Below are positions 43,876 through 56,249 of a stretch of 64,000 bases of DNA, piece after piece. Made by a program: the position numbers and the translations under genes. The notes under the pieces were generated by a model. It was given only the letters and a program-made list of their open reading frames with translations. It had not been told where the DNA came from and searched no databases. Source of the DNA: Bryobacterales bacterium (GTDB lineage: Bacteria; Acidobacteriota; Terriglobia; Bryobacterales; Bryobacteraceae); contig JADZBH010000066.1 of assembly GCA_020852175.1 (NCBI GenBank), forward strand, positions 18,208 to 82,207. Direction: 5' to 3'. The stretch's first letter is position 1. Each line of letters starts with the position of its first letter.

Positions 43876-46800
43876 ATCAGTTTCAATCCAAACTGGATGA
43901 TGCGCGGCAGGTTCCCCTGCGAGTTCACCGTGCCGAACTGTACGTTGCCGAAGACCTGGTTCGGCGGCGCGAACGTCACGGCGTTGGTGATGTTGTACAC
44001 CTCCGCCCGAAATTGAAGGTTCAGACGTTCCCGGATGGGCGTGGTCTTGGCGAAGTTCACGTCCACCTGGCTCGTGGAATCGGCGCGGCATCCGTTATAG
44101 TTGCTTGGCGCGTTGCCGAACGCGTAGGCTGGCGGATTGGAGAACACGGAGGCGTCCAGCCAGTTGGTGGCCGTCGGGTTCGCCACGCAGGGATTCTGGC
44201 CGTTCCAGTTCGGCCGCTGCCCTCCGCCCTGCGAGAAGGTGTTGTTGGTCTGCGAAGAGATGCCCAGCGGCCCGCCGGAAAACGCGGACCAGATGCCGCC
44301 CACCTGCCAGCCCCCCAACAGCCTGCCCGCCACGCTTCTGTTGTTCTTGAAAAATGGCAGTTCGTAGACGGCGTTGAACAGGAGCCGGTGTGTCTGATCG
44401 GTCGTGGACACACCCCACTCGGAGGCGAGATCGTTGTTGTTCTGAAAGCCATCCGCTCCCAGCACCTCGCCAGCGAACGGCCCAACGCCATAGTCGAACA
44501 GTTTCGACCATGTGTAAGCCGCCATCGCGCTGACGCCGCTGGCATACCGCTTCTCGACCTTCACCTCCATCGCGTTGTAATTCGAACTGGCCCAACTGGC
44601 GTTCTGCGATGTTACGGAACCGAATTGAGGGTAAGGCCGCAGCAGTTGCGCCCGCGCCACACGCGGCTGCGACAGCGCGCCAACCGCGATCTGGCCGAAG
44701 AACGGATTCGTTACCTGGTCGCGCAACCCGTTGCCGAGTGAAAGCGCCGAATCCGGCAACTGGTTCCACACCCGGTTCTGCTGGAAGCCAACTCCCCGGC
44801 TGCCCGCATAGCCAATCTCGAACAACGTACTGTACGGCAACTCCTGCTGAATGCTGAAACTCCACTGCGCGCTGCTGGGAACATAGTTGCTCCTATCGAA
44901 GAAACCGATGTCCTGACCCGCCAGCGTGGCCAGGCCCAGCGAGGATCCGGTCGGACGGTTGAATCCTTGCGGGTATGGGTCGCTCCACTTCACGATCGGC
45001 GTCACGCCATCCAGGCTCGATGTGATCGAAGTCGACGCCTGGAATCCGCTCACGCCAAACGCGCCCGCCGCTCCGCCAATGCCCGTCGTGGCCGCGTAGA
45101 AAAGCCCGCCCCCGGTGCGGATCACTGTCTTTGGAAGCACGCGCCAGGCGATGCCCGCGCGGGGAGCCCAGTTGTTTCTATCGGCGTTCGTATTATTGCG
45201 CGGCAAGCCGCCCACCCCGACAAACGTCAGCCCGCCTCGCGGATTCAAGCCCTCGGCTTTCAGCGGGAATGCCGCGCCGTAATCGAAATTGGTCAGTTGA
45301 TTGAACCGGTCGGTGCGCGCGCCCTCGTATTCATACCGCAGTCCCCAGTTCAGCGTGAGCTTGGGCGTCAACTTCCAGGAGTCCTGAATGAAGATGCCCG
45401 CGTACTTGGTGGTCATCGCCAGCGACGGGGCCGGCGTCACACCGCCTCCGGGAATACCCAGCAGGAACGTTGCCAGACCCAGCCCGGCGGTCGCGGTGGA
45501 CACCGTCGGATTCGGCCCTTGCGTCCAGTTGGGCGTGAAATTAAACGCCGTCGCCTGGTCGCCCGTCTGCTGCGCATTCAACTGAATCACCCGGTACTCA
45601 GCACCGAACTTGAGCGTGTGGCTCGACAACGTCTTGCTGAGCGAACCCTGCACGGAATGCGTCGTCGGCCCGAACTTGATCATGTCCGTCGCTCCGATGA
45701 AGCCGCCCACCACGGTATTGGGAACCGAGCCCGTTCGAGAGAGACCCGTGATATTGATGGCCGGAAGCGAGATCGGATCCACCATTCCGCCGATCATGTA
45801 GGAGGGCAGCCCGATCGAGGTCACGTCGAAGCCGTCCGAATAAGGCCGCCGGTTGTTCACCAGGCGGGTCACCGAATAGCGGAACGTCCCGAGCAGGCTG
45901 GGGGAAAACGTGTGCGAATCCTCCACCACGGCGTTCCACCGCGTGAACACCTGGGGGCCCGCCGTCGGCGAGGAGGACTTCAACTCTTCGCCGTAGGCCA
46001 GTGCGCGGTACAGCGGCGTGTTGTCGCGGGAGTAGCGCACGAAGAGGCGGTTCGCCGCCGTGAAGTTGTGATCGCCGCGAATGCTGACGGTGTCCTTCGG
46101 CACGCGGTTCCCGCCTGTGCGCGTGTAGTTGATGCGCCCCAGCGGCTGTCCAGCCTGCATGGGACGGGGCAGCAACGCGGACACCTTGCCCGCCACCGGA
46201 TCGATCCGGTTCGCGGGGATCACGTTGCCAGGGAACACGGTACGCGTGAAGCCGCCCGTCACGGCAGCCGTGGTCGCCGGATCGAAGATATTCACCAGCC
46301 GCCCATCGGGAAGCCGCGCGTTGCTGAAGTCGCCGCGCAATTGGCTCTCCTCCGGCGTCACCGCGGTGAACGTGATTCCCTGCGTGAAGCGCACCAGTTC
46401 CGTGTTGAAGAAAAAGAAGGTCCGGTTGCGCCCGTCGTAGAGCTTGGGGATGTATACGGGCCCTCCGAGCGTCCCGCCAAACTGGTTGAACCGGAAGGGC
46501 GCCTTGGCCGTGTTGCTGAGGTTGGCGAAGTAGTCGTTGTCGCTCAGCTTTTCGTGCCGGAAAAACTCGTATGCGGTGAAATGAAGATCATTCGTTCCGC
46601 TTCGCGTCACGACGTTGAACACGCCGCCCGCCGCGCGCCCGTACTCGGCGCTGAACGAGTTGGTCTCCACCTTGAACTCCTGCACCATGTCCGGATTCGC
46701 ATTGATCACGGGCTGGTTTTGCGACGAAGTGGAATTCGGCGCACCGTCCAGCAGAAATTCATTCGCCGAAGCCCTTTGCCCGTTGATCGAATAGGCCACT

Positions 46801-47312
46801 GTGGAGATCTGATCGATCACCACGTTGTTCACTCCGCCCGAGGGCCGTACGCCGGGCACCAGCATCGCCAGCGCGTATGTGTTCCGCCCGAGCAACGGCA
46901 GTTCGGTTACCTGCTTGTTCCCGATCACCTGCCCGAGCGTGGAACTCTCGCTATCGAGCAACTGTGTCTGCGCCCGGACCTCGACGGTTTCGCTCAACGA
47001 ACCGACGCGCAACGTCAGGTCCAGCCGTGCCACCTGTTGCACCGTCAATTCCAGCCCGGTTTGCTTCACGGGCACGAACCCCTGCTTCGTGATGGAAACC
47101 TCGTACTGGCCCGGCTGCAACGAGGGCAACGTGTAGTAGCCCTCCGAGTTCGACGCCGTCGCGGCTTCAATTCCGGTGTCCGACGACCGCGCCTTCACAT
47201 CCGCCCCCGGCACGACAGCTCCCGTCTGATCGGTGATGCGGCCGGTCAGCGTCGCCACCTGTGCGTAGGCGGCCAGCGCGCAGATGAACCCAATGAGCGC
47301 AATTCGATACAT
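43869..47312 (-). CDS. TonB-dependent transporter with CarboxypepD_reg-like N-terminal domain
   Basis: MYRIALIGFICALAAYAQ signal. TLTGRITDQTGAVVPGADVKARSSDTG..YEVSITKQGF. C-terminus ..IIQFGLKLIY. Confidence 0.85.
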   Translation of the reverse strand: MYRIALIGFICALAAYAQVATLTGRITDQTGAVVPGADVKARSSDTGIEAATASNSEGYYTLPSLQPGQYEVSITKQGFVPVKQTGLELTVQQVARLDLTLRVGSLSETVEVRAQTQLLDSESSTLGQVIGNKQVTELPLLGRNTYALAMLVPGVRPSGGVNNVVIDQISTVAYSINGQRASANEFLLDGAPNSTSSQNQPVINANPDMVQEFKVETNSFSAEYGRAAGGVFNVVTRSGTNDLHFTAYEFFRHEKLSDNDYFANLSNTAKAPFRFNQFGGTLGGPVYIPKLYDGRNRTFFFFNTELVRFTQGITFTAVTPEESQLRGDFSNARLPDGRLVNIFDPATTAAVTGGFTRTVFPGNVIPANRIDPVAGKVSALLPRPMQAGQPLGRINYTRTGGNRVPKDTVSIRGDHNFTAANRLFVRYSRDNTPLYRALAYGEELKSSSPTAGPQVFTRWNAVVEDSHTFSPSLLGTFRYSVTRLVNNRRPYSDGFDVTSIGLPSYMIGGMVDPISLPAINITGLSRTGSVPNTVVGGFIGATDMIKFGPTTHSVQGSLSKTLSSHTLKFGAEYRVIQLNAQQTGDQATAFNFTPNWTQGPNPTVSTATAGLGLATFLLGIPGGGVTPAPSLAMTTKYAGIFIQDSWKLTPKLTLNWGLRYEYEGARTDRFNQLTNFDYGAAFPLKAEGLNPRGGLTFVGVGGLPRNNTNADRNNWAPRAGIAWRVLPKTVIRTGGGLFYAATTGIGGAAGAFGVSGFQASTSITSSLDGVTPIVKWSDPYPQGFNRPTGSSLGLATLAGQDIGFFDRSNYVPSSAQWSFSIQQELPYSTLFEIGYAGSRGVGFQQNRVWNQLPDSALSLGNGLRDQVTNPFFGQIAVGALSQPRVARAQLLRPYPQFGSVTSQNASWASSNYNAMEVKVEKRYASGVSAMAAYTWSKLFDYGVGPFAGEVLGADGFQNNNDLASEWGVSTTDQTHRLLFNAVYELPFFKNNRSVAGRLLGGWQVGGIWSAFSGGPLGISSQTNNTFSQGGGQRPNWNGQNPCVANPTATNWLDASVFSNPPAYAFGNAPSNYNGCRADSTSQVDVNFAKTTPIRERLNLQFRAEVYNITNAVTFAPPNQVFGNVQFGTVNSQGNLPRIIQFGLKLIY

Positions 47313-47406
47313 TACAACCCCCTGTCACTTGACCCAGTTTCTCGTGACGTCTTGGAACGCGAGTTTGCCTAGCCCGGATTTCCAACAGAGATCTCCGGCA
47401 CCGTGC

Positions 47407-47434
47407 AGTATACATCCGCGCGCCGGGTTGACAA
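47407..47434 (-). promoter_or_regulatory. Candidate promoter for the fourth TBDT (TTGTCA-N16-TATACT on the minus strand)
   Basis: On the minus strand, TTGTCA (47429..47434), a 16-nt spacer and TATACT (47407..47412), about 95 nt upstream of ATG 47312. Motif match only. Confidence 0.3.
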
Positions 47435-47478
47435 CAGAAGGCGCGGCACGGGAGGTGCGCGACAGGAGGCGCGGAGCG

Positions 47479-51285
<3,807 letters not shown>

Positions 51286-51393
51286 GCCCTTCCAGCCGAG
51301 TGCCCCTTACCGGTGTGAACCATGTACTTACAGGATAACCGCCGCGGGCGGCCTTCCACTCGCGAGGGGCCTGGCAACCGGGCGCGGCCGCCG

Positions 51394-53055
51394 TCAAACG
51401 CGCCGCACCGCCACCAGCGTCAGGTCGTCGGCGGAGGGCGCGACGCCCATGAATTGATCGAGGCGCTGTTGCAGAAAGGCGAGCACTTCACTGGCGCTCA
51501 AGCCCGCTGCCTGGCGGAGAGCGGCTTCGAAACGCTCTTCGCCAAACTCATCGCCGTCGCCGGATACGGCTTCGGTGGCGCCGTCGCTGAAGAGCACCAG
51601 CAGATCGCCGTGGCCCAGCACTCCCTGGTAGGAGCCGTACTGCTGATTCTTGAGGACGCCCATGACGGGACCGCCGCCGGACAGGGTTTCCAGCGCGCCA
51701 TTGGCCCGCAGAATGTAAGGCGGGTTGTGGCCGGCGTTGGCGTAGGTGAACCCGCCCGTGGACGCGTCGAGGATGGCCACGAAAAACGTGATGAACCGGT
51801 TCTCGGGACAGGTGGCCGAGACGCTGCGGTTGAGGCGCGTGAGGAAGAGAGCCAGGTCCTCGGTCTCCTCGCTCAACACCTGCACGCGCGCCTGGAGGCT
51901 GGACATGAGCAGAGCGGCCGACATGCCTTTGCCGGCGACGTCGCCAACGATCACCCCGAGCCGGTTGCCGGCCAGACTCAGGTAGTCGAAGTAGTCGCCG
52001 CCCACGGAGCGGCAGGGAAGGCTGATGCCGGCCACGTCGAGCCCGGCGATTCGAGGGGCCTCCCGCGGCAGCAGGTTACGCTGAATTTCAGCCGCCTGCC
52101 CAACCTCCTTGGACAGCAGGCGCTCGGCCTGCTCCACTTCGATGAGCCGCGCGTTTTCAATGCGAATGGCCGCAATGTTGGCCATGACGGTGAGAAGGTT
52201 CAAATCCTCGGCCGAGAAGGTGCGGCGCAGGTCGTTCGTGTCGATGTAGACCAGCCCGATCACCTCGTCCTTGGTTTGCAGGGGGACGGCGATCAGGCTT
52301 TTCACCTCCTGCGCGAACAGGGTGCTGGAGCTCCGGAGGCTCTCGTCGGCCCCGGCGTCATCCACCAGAACGGACGCACGCAGTTTCAACACGCGGTCGC
52401 GGATGGTTTCGCTCACGCGGAGCCCGTCGCCCCGGAAGGAGCGCACGGCGAGCCGTTCTCCCTCGCACGTGGCGAGCATGCCGCGCCGCCCGCCCACGCT
52501 CTTCATGGCAAGATCGAGAATCACCTCGAACAGTTCGGCCAGCGGGCGGTGTCCGGCAAGTTCGCGGCCGGCCTCCATGAGGGCCTGGATGCGCGACGCG
52601 CCGGTGATCATGCCCGTGCTGAGGGCCTGTTCGATGCTCGATCCGCTCCTGCCCACCAACCGGTCGAGCGTGGTCACGACGCTGTTGCCGGCCAGGCTCC
52701 GGTCGAAGTCGTCGCGCACAAAGACGACGGTCTGCTCCATGGCGTGGGCCGGGTCGTGATAGGTGAGCGTGACGCGCCCGGCGTGCAGGCGGTCGCCGGA
52801 GGTAAGGCGCGCGCGGCTATCCAGCCGTTCGCCGTTCAGCAGCGTACCGTTCTTGGAGCCCTGGTCCGTGGCGAACCAGGCGCCCAGGTCGCGTTCCAGC
52901 AGCAGGTGGCGGCGCGAAAGGACGGCGTCCTCGGGATAAGCGAGATCGTTGTCGGCGGCGCGCCCCAGCGTGACGCGATCCGCGGCCAGCGGGTAGATGC
53001 GCCGCGTGCCGTCTTGAAGCGTGATGATGAGCGACAGTGAGGTGGGAGTCACCAT
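51394..53055 (-). CDS. FHA - GAF - PP2C/SpoIIE-type serine phosphatase (RsbU-like)
   Basis: Track ORF 51394..53814. ATG 53055 (MVTPTSLSLIITLQDG) starts an FHA domain (VTLGRAADNDLAYPEDAVLSRRHLLLE..GSKNGTLLNG). It is followed by GAF (GMLATCEGERL..IAVPLQTKDEVIGLVYID) and SpoIIE/PP2C (GGDYFDY..VGDVAGKG..FSDG). The upstream 253 codons overlap the sulfatase gene and are Arg-rich junk. Confidence 0.85.
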   Translation of the reverse strand: MVTPTSLSLIITLQDGTRRIYPLAADRVTLGRAADNDLAYPEDAVLSRRHLLLERDLGAWFATDQGSKNGTLLNGERLDSRARLTSGDRLHAGRVTLTYHDPAHAMEQTVVFVRDDFDRSLAGNSVVTTLDRLVGRSGSSIEQALSTGMITGASRIQALMEAGRELAGHRPLAELFEVILDLAMKSVGGRRGMLATCEGERLAVRSFRGDGLRVSETIRDRVLKLRASVLVDDAGADESLRSSSTLFAQEVKSLIAVPLQTKDEVIGLVYIDTNDLRRTFSAEDLNLLTVMANIAAIRIENARLIEVEQAERLLSKEVGQAAEIQRNLLPREAPRIAGLDVAGISLPCRSVGGDYFDYLSLAGNRLGVIVGDVAGKGMSAALLMSSLQARVQVLSEETEDLALFLTRLNRSVSATCPENRFITFFVAILDASTGGFTYANAGHNPPYILRANGALETLSGGGPVMGVLKNQQYGSYQGVLGHGDLLVLFSDGATEAVSGDGDEFGEERFEAALRQAAGLSASEVLAFLQQRLDQFMGVAPSADDLTLVAVRRV

Positions 53056-53126
53056 ACGGCCATGTTTGGGAACCGGCTCACCCGGCGAGCGCGGTGCTTG
53101 GGCCGCGGGCGAATCCCTAGTATCGC

Positions 53127-54809
53127 TCAGGGATCCAGCCGCTTCACGTCGACGTAGAGGGCGCCGGTTCCGGTCTGGCTGGATTTCACCAGCGGCTCCA
53201 GTTGTCCTGGACCGCGCGGCAGCGAGGCGCGGGCAATGGTGGCGGACACGGCGCCGGCTTCGAAGCTCTGCGTACCGGTGAAGGAACCGAGTTTCACTTC
53301 GACCTGGCCGGGCGCGGCGGCCTTGGCAAAGCGCACCGTGACATCGTAACGGCCCGGCCTTCTGACGTCCACCTCCCAATGGCCAATGCCATGGGCGTCC
53401 CAATTGGCCTTGGGACCGCGCCAGTCCTGGCGTGTGAGCGTGACGGGATTCTCCTGCGGCGCGCCCAGCGCGATGCGCGGCGGCTCGAAGTTGCGTTCGG
53501 CCGAGACGGAGGCGAACCATTCTTCCACGCCCTTGCGCATGCCGGTCACGATGCCGGGCTCGCGGATGGAGATGTCGTTCTGCTCGGCCGGGTCGGCGGC
53601 CAGATCGTAAAGTTCGCTGCCGTTCACGAGCTTGTACTGCTGCGTGCGCGCGGCGCAGGCGCGGAAGAGTTCGGGACGGTCGCCGCGGTGCCACTGCGTG
53701 TAAAGCGTGCGGCCGGGCCATGAGGCGGCCTGGCCTTCCAGCAGCGGAACCAGGCTGCGTCCATCCATGATGCGTCCGGCGGGGGTGTGTCCGGCGGGCA
53801 GTTTCACGCCGCACAACTCGGCCAGCGTCGGAACCACGTCGATATGCGCGGCGATTCGGTCCACCTGCCCGGGCTTCACCCGGCCAGGCCAGCGGAAGAA
53901 GAAGGGTACGCGGATGCCCCCCTGATACACGGAACCCTTGCGCCCGCGCATGCCGGCGTTATATCGCGGCTGCTGTGGGCCGTTGTCGGTGAGGAACACG
54001 AGGATGGTGTCGCGGTCGAGTTCGAGGCGCGTCAGCGCGGCCAGCAGACGGCCCATGTTGTCGTCCAGGTTGCGGCACATGCCGTACACCTTGGCCGTGG
54101 TTTCGTCCAGGCCCTTGGCGGCGAAGGGCTTCCAATATTCATCGGCGATCTGCAACGGCGTGTGCGGCGCGTTGGTGGCGATATAGGTGAAGAATGGATC
54201 GCGCCGGTTGCGCTCCAGAAACGCGATGGCCTCGCGGAAAAAGATGTCGGTGCAGTAGCCGGAACGCTTCTCCCACTTGCCCTGAACCTTGAGCAGGGGA
54301 TCGGTATAAAGGTTGCCCGGAGGGTCAGAAGGCTGCGTGAGACCGCCGCCCGTGCAGACGACCGAGTCATCAAAGCCCTGGTCGATGGAGCGTAAGGGAT
54401 AGTTGTCGCCGAGGTGCCATTTGCCGAAGATCCCCGTGCGGTAGCCGGCTGGTTTCAGGATTTCGGCCAGCGTCACCTCGTCGGGCCACATCATGGAGCG
54501 GCCCAGGTAGGTGTCCACGATCCCCGTGCGGTAGTTGTAGCGGCCCGTGAGCAGCGACGACCGCGTGGGCGAGCACACCGGACACACCTGGAACTGGGTG
54601 AACTGGGCGCTCTCCCGTCCTATGCGGTCGAGATTGGGCGTGTTCAGGTGCGGGTTGCCGTGCAGGGAGAGGTCGCCGTAGCCCTGATCGTCGCTCATGA
54701 CCAGGATGACGTTGGGCGGGCGGCGCGACTGGCCGCGTGCCGCCGTGTGGACGAAGGGCGCGGCGAAGGAGGCCGCAAGGGATGTGGCAAGGCTGCGTCG
54801 GGTAAGCAT
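53127..54809 (-). CDS. Sulfatase (S1 family, Cys-type) with C-terminal beta-sandwich-like extension
   Basis: Leader MLTRRSLATSLAASFAAPFVHTAARG. PNVILVMSDDQGYGD, CPVCSPTRSSLLTGR (formylglycine motif) and GKWHLG. Confidence 0.9.
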   Translation of the reverse strand: MLTRRSLATSLAASFAAPFVHTAARGQSRRPPNVILVMSDDQGYGDLSLHGNPHLNTPNLDRIGRESAQFTQFQVCPVCSPTRSSLLTGRYNYRTGIVDTYLGRSMMWPDEVTLAEILKPAGYRTGIFGKWHLGDNYPLRSIDQGFDDSVVCTGGGLTQPSDPPGNLYTDPLLKVQGKWEKRSGYCTDIFFREAIAFLERNRRDPFFTYIATNAPHTPLQIADEYWKPFAAKGLDETTAKVYGMCRNLDDNMGRLLAALTRLELDRDTILVFLTDNGPQQPRYNAGMRGRKGSVYQGGIRVPFFFRWPGRVKPGQVDRIAAHIDVVPTLAELCGVKLPAGHTPAGRIMDGRSLVPLLEGQAASWPGRTLYTQWHRGDRPELFRACAARTQQYKLVNGSELYDLAADPAEQNDISIREPGIVTGMRKGVEEWFASVSAERNFEPPRIALGAPQENPVTLTRQDWRGPKANWDAHGIGHWEVDVRRPGRYDVTVRFAKAAAPGQVEVKLGSFTGTQSFEAGAVSATIARASLPRGPGQLEPLVKSSQTGTGALYVDVKRLDP

Positions 54810-54815
54810 GGTTCC

Positions 54816-56249
54816 TCAAGCGGGCGGCGTGGCGGACTCGGCGCCGGTAAGCCCCTGGTCCGCCTTCGCCGGATCGTAGTTCGGATTGGGCGTGGGCATG
54901 ATCGCGCGAGTTTCCCGGCGCCAGCGGTTCAACCGTGCGCGCAGGGCGGCGGCCCGCTTGGCTTCACGGCGGGCCAGGTTGGTCCGCTCGCCCGGGTCCG
55001 CCTCGATGTTGTAGAGTTCCAGCCGGTTGTCCTCGTAAAACTCGATCAGCTTCCACGGGCCGGAGCGGATGGCCCCGCCGGGAACCCCTCCCTGGTTGGA
55101 GTAATGCGGGTAGTGCCAGTAGATGGCATCGCGCTGGGGCGCGCGTCCGCGCGTCAGCAGCGGCAGCAGATCGGCGCCATCGAGATGGGCCGGGATCTTC
55201 ACGCCCGCCGCGGCCAGGGACGTGGGAAACAGATCGGTGGAGCAGACGGGAACATCCCTGACGGCGGGGGCGATGCGGCCTTTCCAGCGGATCATAAAGG
55301 GCACGCGAATGCCGCCCTCGTAAAGGTGTCCCTTGCCGGCGCGTAGCGGCGCGTTGTTCGTAACGTATTTCTTGCTCGATCCCTCGTAGCGCAGCCCGCC
55401 ATTGTCGGCCAGGAAGAACACGAGCGTGTTCTCCGCCAGTCCGAGCGCGTCAAGCTTGTTCATCAGGCGTCCGAACGCGGCGTCCATGGCCTCGACCATC
55501 GCACCATAGACGGGGTCGCCCTGGGCGGAGCCACCGGTAGCCTTATGCCTGTACTTTTCCACGAGCGATTCGGGCGCGCCCAGGGGAATATGGACGCTGT
55601 AATGGGGCAGGTAGAGAAAGAAGGGGCGGTCCTTGTTCTCCTCGATGAATGTCTCCGCGCGGCGTGTCAGGTAGTCAGCCAGGTACTCGTTCTCCTGGGG
55701 CGGAGGGTGGGTGAGCCCGGCAATATTGTATGGCGGCCACCAGGAACGCGGCGAACCAGCCGAGGTGCCTCCGATGTTCCGGTCGAAGCCCTGCTCGACG
55801 GGCGAGAAGCCTTCGCCGCCCAGGTGCCACTTGCCGATGCTCGCCGAGGCGTAGCCTGCGGGCTTGAGCGCTTCGGCCAGCGTCACATGATCGAGCGGCA
55901 ACTCCGTGCGCGTGCGGGGACACAAGGCGCGAGCCGCGGGCCACTGCTTGCGCCCGGCGATCCAGTCGGTTACCCCCGAGCGCACCGGATACTGGCCCGT
56001 GAGCACGCTGGCGCGCGTGGGCGAACAGACAGGGCAGGCGGCGTACCCGTTGGTGAAACGGACGCTTTCTCGAGCGAACCGGTCGAGGTTTGGCGTCTCG
56101 TAATAGGAACTGCCGTAGCAGCCGAGGTCACGCCAGCCATAATCGTCGATGAGAACGAGAACGATGTTGGGCGGGCGCCTGGTTTGCGAAGGCGCGGCCG
56201 CCGCCAGCGAGGCGGCCAGGAAGGAGCGGCGCGTAGATGCCGTGGTCAT
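54816..56249 (-). CDS. Sulfatase (S1 family, Cys-type)
   Basis: Track ORF 54816..56753. The ATG at 56249 overlaps the upstream stop (ATGA) and gives the twin-arginine leader MTTASTRRSFLAASLAAAAPSQ. PNIVLVLIDDYGW, CPVCSPTRASVLTG and GKWHLGG. Confidence 0.9.
   Translation of the reverse strand: MTTASTRRSFLAASLAAAAPSQTRRPPNIVLVLIDDYGWRDLGCYGSSYYETPNLDRFARESVRFTNGYAACPVCSPTRASVLTGQYPVRSGVTDWIAGRKQWPAARALCPRTRTELPLDHVTLAEALKPAGYASASIGKWHLGGEGFSPVEQGFDRNIGGTSAGSPRSWWPPYNIAGLTHPPPQENEYLADYLTRRAETFIEENKDRPFFLYLPHYSVHIPLGAPESLVEKYRHKATGGSAQGDPVYGAMVEAMDAAFGRLMNKLDALGLAENTLVFFLADNGGLRYEGSSKKYVTNNAPLRAGKGHLYEGGIRVPFMIRWKGRIAPAVRDVPVCSTDLFPTSLAAAGVKIPAHLDGADLLPLLTRGRAPQRDAIYWHYPHYSNQGGVPGGAIRSGPWKLIEFYEDNRLELYNIEADPGERTNLARREAKRAAALRARLNRWRRETRAIMPTPNPNYDPAKADQGLTGAESATPPA

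Noticed and set aside
51286-51393. Possible cobalamin or SAM riboswitch in the metH 5' region
   Set aside because: The gap is only 108 nt, there is no B12-box-like sequence, and I could not fold a conserved multi-helix junction. The region looks like a short UTR with a GGAAGGG RBS.
53056-53814. N-terminal 253 codons of track ORF 51394..53814
   Set aside because: This segment overlaps the 3' part of the sulfatase gene in another frame and is extremely Arg-rich. The FHA domain begins exactly at ATG 53055, so the real gene starts there.
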